A stretch of 64,000 nt of DNA from Antedon mediterranea (lineage: Eukaryota > Animalia > Echinodermata). Below, in pieces: positions 37,501-49,578 of this stretch (positions within the stretch are counted from its first letter, which is position 1; every line of letters begins with the position of its first letter). The position numbers and the translations under genes are program-made. The stretch lies in the NCBI RefSeq assembly GCF_964355755.1, contig NC_092675.1, positions 28,492,912-28,556,911 on the forward strand. Reading direction: 5' to 3'. Under the pieces are notes generated by a model. That model was not told the origin of the DNA and did no database searches. It worked only from the letters and a program-made list of their open reading frames with translations.

Positions 37501-38025
37501 CAATGGTTTAACGTCAATGGATTAACATAGATATCGGTGGATTAACGTCAATGTATAAATGGAACGTTGATGTATGTCAATGTGTCTTCAACGTCAATGG
37601 ATCAGCGTAGACATCAGTGGATTAACGTAAAAGTATTAACGTCAACACGTCAACAAAACGTAATAAAACAACAAGATAGAGTTGCAACCTTTGACACATT
37701 TCTTATATTTTCTACATTGTAATATTTAAACATTTATAAAACCTTTAATATTTTAATTTAGAGCCAAGAAAGAATACGTCTTACCAGATCAGGAGAAACG
37801 ATCAGGCATAATTCTAACGCAGTGTTGATGGGTAAGGATGTAGAAACAATGCTGAATGACAACAACGGAATCATGTTGAATGATCTCAATCAGAAGGAAT
37901 CAGAAGAAACATCTCCTCTCGTTGGAAGTTTTCATTTAAATCGTAGAACAATTTACGTTCGTATGATGAACTACGGGACGGCTCTTGTCGTCTGCGTTGT
38001 AGGAATTTCTATATACCTATTATAA
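25564..38025 (+). CDS. Multidrug and toxin extrusion (MATE/SLC47 family) transporter, 540 aa
   Basis: Exons 25564-25665, 26273-26374, 26853-26921, 27260-27408, 28816-28858, 29656-29798, 30899-30984, 31772-31885, 33037-33104, 33616-33724, 34216-34291, 34906-34975, 35732-35864, 36138-36232, 37762-38025 join in frame (1623 nt). Motifs: FCGRLG, WSSEALEDW, IRIGYSLG, IGYIFTND, GCGRQ..GA, YYFIGLP, GMWIG, INWEKEA and a C-terminal extra TM helix. Confidence 0.9.
27434..28055. mobile_element. Non-autonomous CACTG-terminal (EnSpm/CACTA-like) element with a nested MITE
   Basis: TIRs CACTGTAAAAATATTGTTTAGATC..AAACATGTATTTTGTACC / GGTACAAAATACATGTTT..GATCTAAACACTATTTTAACAGTG, with TA on both flanks. Confidence 0.7.
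27683..27861. mobile_element. MITE family B (AGCTTGGTTCCCACTAG termini)
   Basis: Palindromic element of about 180 bp. Near-identical inverted copy at 33367-33545; relatives at 34449-34664, 36291-36545, 37019-37229 and 60808-60955. Flanks are mostly TAA/TTA. Confidence 0.85.
30428..30588. mobile_element. MITE family A (AGCTCTGTCTACACT...AGTGTAGACAGAGCT), about 160 bp, PIF/Harbinger-like
   Basis: Long inverted repeats. Further copies at about 26961-27104, 43315-43401, 50602-50700 (TTA on both sides), 51113-51246, 53051-53193, 53574-53630, 55700-55844, 59522-59646 and 62905-63051. Confidence 0.85.
31135..31748. repeat. Degenerate (GAT)n microsatellite with higher-order duplication, in a MATE intron
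   Basis: About 600 bp of GAT/GATTAT repeats; the block ATAACTGATAATGACAAATCTTGAATG recurs at about 31346 and 31592. Confidence 0.95.
33367..33545. mobile_element. MITE family B copy, inverted relative to 27683-27861
   Basis: Nearly the reverse complement of 27683-27861; TAA on both flanks. Confidence 0.85.
36860..37655. repeat. AACGTCAATGGATT-type minisatellite interrupted by a family B MITE (37019-37229)
   Basis: Repeated 14-mer AACGTCAATGGATT and variants on both sides of the MITE. Confidence 0.85.
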
Positions 38026-39815
38026 CACACATTCTTGGAAAAATTATCCATTCCATCCAATTAGTTATACAACTGCAGGGCCCTATCTGTGTTTTTAGGT
38101 TTGTACTGTGTGTGGGTTACCCGGTTGCGATTTTATTTTTCGTACACACCTTATGAATATGACTAATGAATATATGTTTATTTTGTGACGTTTCATGAGA
38201 GGTCCCAACTTATGTACGAAAAGAAATATCGCTACCCGGTTAGTACTATTCTAATTCAATGTAGTTCTCTTGTAGTGGTTGTTCAAGGCATTTACCAAGA
38301 ATAATCGAAATATTTGTGCACTCTATAGACTATTTATAAAAGGATGTCTAGCCCAGACTTCTATTTGGATATAAAGTATAAAGGCCTACATGTGCCTAGT
38401 TTATATTTTTTATTATTATTATTAATCAAGCAACAGGACACTCTGAGTTAGCCTTGCCAAGATATGAACTCGTAAAATTAACGGTCCTTTGATCCTATGT
38501 CTGGTTGCGACAAATAACATGAACAGTATTGTACTATGTATGCCTACATTCTCCGCCGTGTGGAACTGATCGTGTCGCAGCCACAGATAAATTCTTTGAT
38601 CTCCGGAGCTCAGCATCCTGTTCGATTGCCTTGTTCATATTCACATTTTTTCCCTTTTAATCTTTATTGTCAATATAGCTTCTAGTTTTCCTGTCATGTC
38701 GACAAACATTATTATTTTATCTACTTTTTTATTTATGCAAAATATCTGTATTATTTTGTTGAATGTGTTGATAAATAAATCAAACAATATTAACCCAAGA
38801 GATAATATTAATGCAGTCGACAGTCTTTTTATCCATGTGCCGTTGACAAGGGGTTTCCAGAAAGAAACAAAATGTTCATCATTTAATGTTCAAGCAAGTT
38901 ACAAACTAGACGTTTACCATAGCCCTAATTTTATCACTTGAACTTAAGTCCAATGTTTTTTAAGTCTAATAATATATATAAGTGAAGAATATGAAAAATT
39001 TTAAAAATGTAGTCCCTCAAAAAATGATAAAATTAGACTTTGAATAGGCCTACTGATCAGTTTGCAGTTGATAACAGTTATTAATTTTCCATATAATGAT
39101 TTCACTTATAAAAAGATAAAATAAACGAGGAAAACTAACCAAAAACCATTTTCGAACAGACTATTTTGCTTTAAATTACAGGGTATTTTTCAACTTTTAT
39201 GTGACATTAAAATGTGACAAATGACAAAGATATAAAAACGCAACGATAATTTTCAAGACAGCAGAGTTTGTTTTTAACCTTTTCTATAGAGGGCGTAGAC
39301 AGACTCCGCTCCGCGCCCCCGTCGCGGAGCGGCAAAAATAAATAAATCAATCAATCAATCATCTACTAAGGCCTAGGCCTAGGCCTATAATAGGCAAGTC
39401 AATATCTGTCTAAATTAATTTGTGGCAAATATAAATAGGTTACCCACTAGGCCTGGACTATAATAAGGCTATTAGACTTCTTATAATCTATTCTTATTTA
39501 TTAGATACTGTACTCCTAACCTAGGCTAGTACTAGTAGGTAGCTAGCTATAGGCTGTAATATAGTAGCAGTCCAGTGGGCCTATCCGGTACGCCTGTACA
39601 CCACTGCACTGGGTAACTAGACTAGCCTAGCTAGGTGTAGCTAGAGAGTTACACTAACCTAGCTAGAGTAGAGGGCCTAGCTAGCACTATGCCTACATGA
39701 ACAAGTATTTAATAAGTTAAGCCTAGGCTATATCATAATTGATATCTAGGCCCTAGGCCTATATAATTTATAAATAATGTTTTTTTTGTGTGATTTTTTT
39801 TAAGTATCCACAGCT

Positions 39816-42800
39816 ATGGAAATTGGCAAAAAAGTAGTGGAAATCATTAATAGTTTAGGTTATAGAGGATCACATGAAATCCAGGCAGAAGATTTTGAAT
39901 GGATGTGTGAAGACGAGGCAGTTCTGCCATTCCTTGATTGGTTTTGTAGCAATGTTAATCCATCGTTAATAATTACTTCAAAAGAAATGACAGAGTAAGT
40001 GCCTAAAGAAAATAATTATGTATCTGAATCATGACCGTGTATAACCCTTAGATATAACATATTTATGCTTGATAATAAACCACAAAATGTTAGAACTCAC
40101 AGCATTAGAATAGATTAAAGATAAAATGTATTTTCCCCCAGGATATCCATGAATAATGAAGATAAATAATTCAAACAAACATTGTGAATACCTAGGCTAT
40201 TTCGTAGCCTATATATAAAAAGACAAAATAAACAGAAACTATAAATTACCTATCTTACCATAATACAAATTATTTTTTTTTTTAAATAACCAAGATGTTA
40301 TTTTGCAGTGAAAGTTAAAAAGTTATAGCACCATTACAATTCACCTCTGAAAATGTATTTCAGATTCTCTGCTCTGAAGGCAGCAGGAGGGATTCTTGAA
40401 GGAGCACAGCTAGAGCAAGCATTGCAAAGCTCCACCAACATTGAAGAGGATGATCTGACAGAGGACCAACTTAAGTAAGTACAAAATAGGTGGTTTGAGG
40501 AAAAGAAGGTGGGTAAGGGGAGGAGTTAGAAAAAAGAGAAGGGGAGGAGTTAGAAAAAGGATAGGGGGAGGAGTTAGAAAAAAGGATAGCGGGAGGGGTT
40601 AGAAAAGGATGAGGGGAGGAGTTAGAAAAGGGTGAGGGGGAGGAGTTAGAAAAGGGTGAGGGGAAGGAGTTAGAAAAGGGTGAGGGGAAGGAGTTAGAAA
40701 AGGGTGAGGGGGAGGAGTTGGAAAAAAAAGAGGGGAGGAGTTAGAAAAAGGAGAGTAGGGAGTTAGAAAAGGAGAAGGGGGAGGAGTTAGAAAAGGAGAA
40801 GTGGGGGAATAGTTAGAAAAAGGAGAGTTAGTCACGCCTATTCATCCTGGGTTTGTAATATTGTTCAATAAATGGAAAAGAAAATTAACATTGAAATTCT
40901 ACCTATCCTAAGCTCTGTGTGTGATAAAAGACATGATAACGAAGTATAAAGAAAAATTGACAAATTTATCTTTAATTTATTTGTAGGAAAGAAATTGCTG
41001 AACTACAAGGTGACATTAAATCTACTAAAAAAAGGAAAGAGATTCTTATACAACAGCGAAACAGACTGAGGTTTGTTTGTTTTTTAAAAGGAACTTCCTG
41101 TGGTTAATAGATATACAGTATTGTCCCCACCAAAGATTGTATCAAGCAACAAAAATAACATTTTTAACCGTTATTTAAAGAAAATTTCTTTTTATTTATG
41201 TTGTCTTTTTATAAGTGAAAAAATTTAATTACATTTTTTTTATAAACAAAATTAAATAATTTTTTTTGTCTTTATTGTTATTTGTATAATATTCGTAGCA
41301 TACATCACACTGAAAGACAGCATAAGATCACAAAACTGGGTGCGATTGAGGCAAATGCAAAGAAAAGTTACAAAAGAAGTATAGAACAGATCCATTCTGA
41401 TAACAATAAGGTAAAATATTAATCATCATATTTTGATTATTTCTCTTGCAGTGTATTGTAACTTCTTAAAGTGTAGGCACTTCTTCTAATTTTTATGTTA
41501 CATGATTACCAACCATAATTGTTAAACACCATTGTACAATTGTTTAATGCAAGGTTTCTCACCAGCAACCCCCACCAGAGGCACATAGGAGGGTCCTACT
41601 GCTTGTCCTGTTTTTTACTATAAACTTTCTCCTACTCAAAACCTTAAATGGATGGAGTAAGAGCAGTTTTCTGTTTGGGCTCATGCCTATTACTTGCTCC
41701 TGGCAAGATGAATTGTAAAATGTACTTTATGAACTTTTGCCGAATAAATATTATTATTATTATTATTAAAAAGCTATGCATGGTAGAAAACTGCTGAGAA
41801 CTCCTGGTTTAATGCCATACAAATAATAAAACAAAACAATAATATATTGATAGATGAACACTGCGCTGAAGAATCTTAGCAAAGCATTTAATGATGTAAG
41901 CATGGAATATTCCTGTGATGGTGATGCCAACGACGCAATGTTCTTGTCGCATCTTTCATTGCAAGATTATTGTCGAGCAGAGGAACATTTTACTCAAGAC
42001 TTGACCAAGTACACAAAGAAACAATTCTTTGAGGTAATTCGGTAATTTCCTGATTCATAGTATGTTTGAAGTAAAATTTCTTTAGCCATTTAGATGTATT
42101 AAACACAATATACATTACATGTACACTTTTAATGTCACATCCTTTTCTTTGCTTGTTGTAACAGTCATTCCAGGATTTTGAAGTATGGTGGGCCATAAAA
42201 TTAAACTAATTTAAATTTAAACTTAAACCAACCTAATATCCTATATTTTGCTCTTTTTTTTAGAGTTACTAAATGTTTAAATCATATATAGCAATATTTA
42301 TTTAGCAACATTAAAACAAACTAAAAAAATATAATATTTTGTAGGGAATAACGGGTATAACTGGTCAGGATTCACCAGCATCTTGGTATCAATTACTTGA
42401 CCTTAGTGACCCATCAACATTGGTCTTGAAAGGGGAGAAAGAACATATTACAGCAAGTAACTGCAAAGAAGTAGCAAGATTACAGGCACTGTGAGTTCCA
42501 TATCGTTTGTCATTAGGGAGGTTTCACAATCCTATGAAAACGGATACGACGTCACACAGCTGAGCCTCATTTAATATTCATAAAGCGTATTTGTGTGGAC
42601 GAATATCACAAGTCATATTCCTAACTACAAAACGAGTACAGTCTTTGATCTATTTTGCATATTTTGCATGCATGATTATAATATAATTATAATAGATAAT
42701 TTATTGAAAGTAATTTACTAAAAATGCCGGGTCAATTCAGTCATTCATTTAGTTTCTTTATTTTGGATAGAACATATATATAAATCATACAAAAAACAAA

Positions 42801-45800
42801 AAGAGAAACAATTTCACCAGGAAATTCACAATATAAGCAACTTTCACAAAACCAACCTAAAATATCCTAAAATACCAATTTGCACCAACACTGTGACGCT
42901 GTAGCTTGACTCAATTTTGAAGTTTTTAAAGTCCTCACTCGCTTTGATGTTTCGCTAGGCCAGCCAAGCAACACGTACCTGCGCTTTGTTAAAATTTAAC
43001 AGTCATATTTTGGAAGGTGCCGTCAATTTTTCGTCAAAAACGAATACATGTGTGATGTTTTCGTTACCGTATCCCTTGACCCTCCTCTGCACCCCACTTG
43101 TGTTATTTATTTTTATGCAATGTTTTGCTGAAAAGAATAAAAAAATAAAATGTATTTCAAATTAGTTATCCAACAAGTCAGATGCAGTATGTGAAAGCAC
43201 TAGTTGAAAAGAGACGACTGCAAGCAGCCTGTGAGAGGGCGCACCAGTTAATCAATTCAATGGACACACGGACATTCCCAACAAACGCATCTGAACTTAG
43301 GTAAGCAGAAGAAAAGCTCAGTCTACACTAGCAAACAAAATGTGATGTACCCTTATATGGACATGATGATGTCCTATCACTACCATATTTGGGCACATCA
43401 CTCTGATATTTGGAAACATCCCTCCTTATCGTATTGTTGGTAACTTTGTTTCTTTTATATGACCCACAGTCAACGTGTACATGATGTTGAGAAGAGTCTT
43501 GCGCAAGCTAGTCGGCAAGCATGTACGTTAGCAGATACGCTTCCAGAGCTCATTGAGAAGAACGCTGCCTTACAGCAGACTGAGATTTTGTTTGGTGATT
43601 ACAATCTAAAAATTGCTAGACAAGAATACTTCACCTCGAAACAGGATGAGGTAATTTGAATTTATAATTTAAATCTTGAAGATGTCAATGGAAATAAACT
43701 ACTGGGGTCTGCTTTTATCACTATGCCTAAAAAAAGCTCAATTTAAACTGATTCAAAACTAAGCCTTGACTAAACTCATTCATGCCAATACAGTATCAAA
43801 TCTGTTGATGCTTCTATTTTATTTTGCAGAGCATCTCAAACTGTTTATTATTTATTTTGAACTTGCATTGCATATGAGTGAGTGAGTGGCCGAGCAGTTA
43901 AGACAGTGGAACCGTAATTACGTAGCCATAACATCGGCAGGGGTTCGAGGCTCACTCACTCCATGGTTCTGGTGGTAGAACGAGTCTTCTCGGATAAGGA
44001 CTATAAACCGTAGGTCCAGTGTACACAACTAGCTCATGTGCACTTTAAAGAACCTAGTACATCTTTCGAGACGAGTAGAGGGTTACCCCGGTGTATTAGT
44101 ACATCACAGCCACTGATCACCAACTGGGCTCTCTGGGAGACCAGTCTTTGACTAAAGAGGTTACCCAGTATAAATATATATTTCAATCAATCAATCAATC
44201 AATCATTTTTCAGGTTATAAAACAACTGACAGTTCAGAGGGCACGACATGAGTTTCTAAGCATGGCGTTTGAAACAGAGGCTGCATTTTTAAGAGAAACA
44301 CACAGGCTTCTTACAGCTTCCAGGGACCTCCTTCACACAGACGTAAAAAAACATAAAGATCAAATTGTATTCTTTTACAATGTAGATTTCACTTCATAAA
44401 TAAATCATTAGCAATAGTGGTATATAACCAAGGCCAGAAAATAAAAACCATCATTGCAGAATTAATAGTATCAAGTAAAGGAAGGAGGGAAAACAAAAAA
44501 CTCTTTTTATTAAGCCTGTTTAATATTATTTTAATGCACATAGAGACTTTATAGTAGGGCGGCCAATGTGAGCTTTTTCATCATGGGGGGCATTTTCTGT
44601 TAATAGCAGGCAACCATGTGGAATATATCCCTTATGGGATGACAAAAAAGATAGGGGTGGATGCCGCTCTCAAATTTCAGGTCAAAGGTCATTTTCAAGG
44701 TTATAAGGTCAAATTTGGTAAAATAGAGGTTTAAGCTGTTTTCAACAACATATAAGCTAATTAAAAGAAATGTAACCATTATTGGATCATTATTGACATA
44801 TTGCTGTAGATGCTGAAGTTCATCAATTTTTCAACTTACAAGTTTAAAGGTCATTTTCAAGGTCATATGGTCAAATAGAGCACATACCTGTTAATTATCG
44901 GTATTAATAATTGAAATAAATATAATTTTCATGATAGCCTGGAGCTGATGGTTATAGTGTGGTGTCAAAAAGACCAGAATTGTACTGGGAAGATTTTAAA
45001 CTTTTTGAGTCACTCCTGGAAGGTGTTCAAGGAATGGAGAGGATGAGTCCTAGAGTATCAAAATAACCGAAATTGGAGGCCTACTGGAATGTCTTAAATT
45101 TCATTTAAAAACGGTCACAGAGGGTTTGTGGGTTGGGAGTAATGGGCGGCATGGGCACATGCCAATATTCGAAATTTTTCTGGGATGGAAGGAGGTAACG
45201 CTCTGAGGTGGGTATTCCTTCAAGCACTGATATATAATGCCTACTAGCCATCTGGGTAACGGCAAACGATTGAATCACAACCACATATGCATGCTTTCTG
45301 TAACAACTTCATCTGGCTCTTTAGTTTACATACACATGTAACAAGTTCCAAACTGACTACTGGGTTAGGGGCTTCCAAACGACCCGATTCATTTAGGCCA
45401 CATAGGCCTACTGATAGCTCTGCCTGATAGTTGGCTCGTATGTTTAGGTTCTATGATGTCTGTATTCACCATAGGCGAGTTTTTTTAATTTTAAGTGTTT
45501 CCCGAAGTAGAAATACAGGTACTTAAATATTTATTGAGTGAAGTGAAATACTTAATATTTAAGGGAAATATAATCACTAGTGTTAATGGTATATGGTCAC
45601 TGAGTCTAGATGGAGGTAGCACCAAAGAGTAGTCTGTTATTATACAGTTCTGCTCAAGAGTACCATATATTTGGCAATATTAAACTTTAGTGTACACTGT
45701 ACGTGGAAAGTCTTAATCTTAATCAATTCCATTTACAAGGAGTGGATGCGTTACAAATGATTTCTAGTATGACCTCTTCCCATAACCAGCAAATAATGAC

Positions 45801-48800
45801 GTGCTGCAACCTGTAATAGCATGGAAGCTGGTTAGATTATTCTTAATAGGTTTTCAACCACTTTATTGTTCACTATACCAGACATCGTCCATACTTTTGA
45901 AGGCTACTGTTACAAAGTGCATATCATTAATTAACATCAACTTTCATGTATAATTGCAAGCTCTTTGTTATTGACATAAAGAATGTCTAAAAACTTTGTG
46001 ATATTTGTTCTCCTCCAAACCGATGAGTGTGGCCCAAAACACATACGGAAGTACAGATTAGTACATTGGGACTATCCTTTCAATCGTGTCACTGCTTTTA
46101 TCCACCCCTTTCCAATGTAATGATCAAATACAACAAAATGATGAAATATCTAGGTAACTTGAATAAATACTTGCATAGTCACCAAATGTTTACAGCCATG
46201 TTTACTGCATCCTATAGTGCATGACCATCATGTTTTTACTGTAAGTTTTCTTCTGGAACATCTGTCGGTATTTCAACGCCATCCATCAAGATATGTGAAG
46301 TCATATTTGGTTAAAGATATTAAAATTGGGCTATGATCATACTCCAATGGTTGATCAGCAGATTTTCTGTCAGTTTTTATATACTTTATCGAAACTGTTG
46401 CCTTATAGAAATCCGCAAAGGTTTAGAGCGATGCTTTCTCAGTGGCTCATGAAGTTCTAAGTTCTACTGTTTTTTTTCTTCCAATAAGTTGTTACTTTAA
46501 ATATAAGATCTTCCTTATCATCTGTCAGTTCGAAAGAATATTGTGTATTATGTGTGATTCGTGATCAGTCTGACTATGTCATGCAGAACCTATCAATGAA
46601 TTTAACAGCGTTTCATGTTATACCAATGATTCTATTTTGAATTGATCAATCATCCACTCGGTGTTTAGAATATTGGTTCTGATAGTTTAGATAGGTAAAT
46701 TTGTTTACCCTTTTAACCTCATTTCTACAACGAATCCAATCGGTTTTTAAATGTGTTGGTAGTTTCAGAAATGACGACTTTGGTTGGCAAACTATTAAAA
46801 TATATAATTACTAATTGTGAAAAAGTGGATCTCCTATCAGTCCTTTGTGAAGTTTAGGTTTAAAAAGTCTAAGCTGATGTCCTCGTGTATTTCTGCTTAG
46901 ATTGCATCTCATTTGAAGGAAGTCTTCCTTGGCTACACCCTCGAAATCTTTTGAAAATTTTCAATCAAGTCACCATGAATTCGTCTGTCATACAGGGTTG
47001 TTAGGCCAAGAAACTTTAAACAATCTTCATATGAATAAGAATGGATAGCTGGAATTTGATTTGTCGCATGACGTTGTCCTCTTCAAGTGCGTTTATGTCT
47101 TTTTGGAGAAATGGATTTCATACCTGGACACAGTACGTAACGTAATGTTTGTAAATAACGTTAAAACCGTCTTTATCCATGTGTATAAAGGACTTCTTAA
47201 TTACTTAAGGAGTTTTATATTTGTTATCACCGTCAGCCATGATAGCATAGATGCGAAGGCCTCAAGAAGAAGTCCCCAATTACCACTCCTTCCAACCTTG
47301 ATAAAGTCCAATAGTTAGGGTTTTTGAAAGCAAAGACTCGATACCCAGGTTTCTCTTTCGAGATTTCTTGAAACAACAAACTTCAATAAAAACTTGTTCA
47401 TATAGGGGGTCTCTGTTTTCGAAATTTTTCTAAAAACAAATTCTAAGTATTATTACATTATTATAGGTAATATTAATAATTTTTCTAAAAACAAATTTCT
47501 AAATATTACTGTATTACATTAATTATTATAGGTAATATTAATATTATAGTAAAAGACCAATCTTTTGGCACATATGGCGTTTCATACATATAACACTTGA
47601 CCTATTTTTTCCGACAAAAATCAAAACGATGACTGGTGGACAACATGAAAAAGACAAATTTACAATGACTGGGAAAAGCCTATTAAAAAACTGTGTGTAC
47701 TTTACAGAAATATGTGAAAACAACATTTTGAGAAAATGACACTTTTATATTTAATTTCCTATGTTTTTATGTGTAAAATTAAATGTTTATCTCATAATTA
47801 TTATAATATGAAGCATCAGTTGATCTTCAGATATACCTTTTTGGATAGATCTGATGATGTAGATGATTTTCCGTGAATAAAAAAAAATCCTATATTTTGA
47901 CCTTGTTTGACCTCTTGACCACATAAACTGACCTTAAAACCCAAAACTGAAGATGGCATCCACCCCTATCGTTTTTGTCACCCCACAAAGGATACATTCA
48001 ACATGGTTGCCTGCTATTAACAAAAAATGCCCCCCAAACTTATTATAGAGGACTTTTGTGTATTTGGCCTCTCTACTATTAGGAATAAACAGCTGTACAT
48101 ACTGTAGGTATTTTTGATGAGCTAATGCCCTGACAAAGTTAGTTCCATGTCATGTCTTATTAATATTGAACATTATTATTTACTTATACTTAACCAAGTA
48201 TAGACATTACTTACTGATCCCAGTCTCCAGCCTCCCATACCTAGAGCAACAATCGATTCCAGAGATCTCTTTGTAACCAGAATGCATCAAATTTTAAGTA
48301 TGAACTTTGTTTTATCAGTATTATACACATTATTACCTTGCAGTTGTAAAAATGATTCTTTTAATTCCTGTACATTATAATATATTAAAGCATTACATAA
48401 TAAATATAATAAATAATTAGGATTTAAAAAAAAATTAATTCCAGATTATTCGCCGGAAAGTAAAGAACGATCACAAAAGCAACTTTTCTTGACATATGAA
48501 AGTCTGATTGAGGGTGCTAAACAACTTGTAAGCAACCTCACTAGTCTTAAAGCTTCACTGTCTTCCACCAACACTGATCAAGATTCAAAATTAACAGAAC
48601 TGTAAGAATTTTGATTTTATTAGTTAATTTTAGTATAACAAACAAAAAATGAAATTGGGGAGACCAGGGTCAACCTAAGTGAACTTAATCATGTCATGTA
48701 CTATACACTGGGCCCTCTGGGAGAACAGTCTCTGAAGAGGCTACCCAGTATAAAGAATATTAAAGTACTGTATATAACCAGGAAGTTTAAAATTAATTTT

Positions 48801-49578
48801 TGACCTCCAAACACAATTTACTTGCTTGTTAAATCATTTGATAAATCAATTTTTTACCATTGCAGTGAACGTAACCTAAAGGTTTGTGAGGATTTGGTAT
48901 ATTCAGGGTCAGCTAATGGTGGTGAGCCCGTACTAAGCCCTCGGCCCATCATTCATGCTATAAACCAACTAGACATGGCCTTAAAAAGTTTAGAGAAAAA
49001 CATTTTGGATGTCATGACACAGTACAGTAGCAAGAAAAAGGTACATTTATATTATTGAATTCTTTAGCACCTTTTTAAAGAGTCTTACACATGTTCCAAC
49101 ACTGTTCATGTCTGGCGATCTTATATAGCGCTTAATGCACAAAGCTTCTAAGTGCTTCACACTATTAACCCAGTAATGTTTTGAATAAAATTCAGCTAGT
49201 AATGAGTGCAGTTGTGTTTTGACCTAATACCAGTAACCCATTTTATACACCTGGTTGGAGAAAGGCAAACATAAGTAAAGTGTCTTGCCTAAGGGTACAA
49301 GCAATGCAACGAACTTTGGATTTGTCACAACCTCATGATCAACACACTGCACCACACACCCTTACTAAAGTAATGCTATGTATAAGCTCATAAACATTAC
49401 GTAAGGATGTGTTGAATCTTTCTAATAACATATGCTTTGTTTTCTACAGTTACTGCATGAGGATCCACTACTAGCCAAGCAAAGAACTCTCTATACAAGC
49501 TTCTTCACAGACCAGAGCAAGTTAAGACGAACTGTAGATGATTTAACACATCAGCTACAAGCACAGATGGTTGAATAA
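39816..49578 (+). CDS. HAUS3: HAUS augmin-like complex subunit 3, 611 aa
   Basis: Exons 39816-39994, 40364-40474, 40987-41070, 41299-41410, 41854-42033, 42345-42490, 43166-43300, 43470-43650, 44214-44366, 48204-48297, 48445-48601, 48866-49040, 49450-49578 (1836 nt, in frame). Motifs: EDFEWM..PFLDWFC, ILEGAQLEQAL, YTKKQFFEGI, GDYNLKIARQEYFTSKQ, RATIDSRD, LYTSFF. Confidence 0.92.
40505..40830 (+). repeat. Purine-rich minisatellite, about 21 bp unit (GGGGAGGAGTTAGAAAAGGGT-like)
   Basis: About 15 copies of a GAGTTAGAAAA core in HAUS3 intron 2. Confidence 0.9.
43879..44204 (+). mobile_element. tRNA-derived SINE with a Deu/Nin-like central domain and (CAAT)n tail
   Basis: A box TGGCCGAGCAGTT and B box GGTTCGAGGC. 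The body GGATAAGGACTATAAACCGTAGGTCC...TTAAAGAACC...GAGTAGAGGGTTACCCCGGTGT resembles the recalled DeuSINE core. 3' fragments recur at about 21185-21265 and 48705-48755. Confidence 0.75.
44552..48078 (-). mobile_element. Decayed Academ-like DNA transposon (about 3.5 kb) filling HAUS3 intron 9
   Basis: TAG...CTA termini with a 3-bp TSD TTA (44549-44551, 48079-48081). Imperfect TIRs of more than 130 bp (GGGGGGCATTTT.TGTTAATAGCAGGCAACCATGT). Minus-strand transposase relics: DGHAL..TFGDYA, VFDHY..IKAVTRLKR, RANYQA (45438-45421) and ELVTCVCK, broken by stops and frameshifts. Confidence 0.75.
49118..49360 (-). mobile_element. Degenerate SINE with an L2-type 3' tail
   Basis: Minus strand CCCTTAGGCAAGACACTTTA...CCAGGTGTATAAAATGGGTTACTGG body, then tail AAGCACTTAG...TAAGCGCTATATAAG. 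Confidence 0.55.

Noticed and set aside
40599-40835. Pro-rich ORF, or telomere-like repeat
   Set aside because: It is a translation of the purine-rich minisatellite; the GTTAGA core is not a tandem TTAGGG array.
43879-43963. Functional tRNA gene
   Set aside because: The cloverleaf is imperfect and continues into a SINE body and tail that recur elsewhere in the window.
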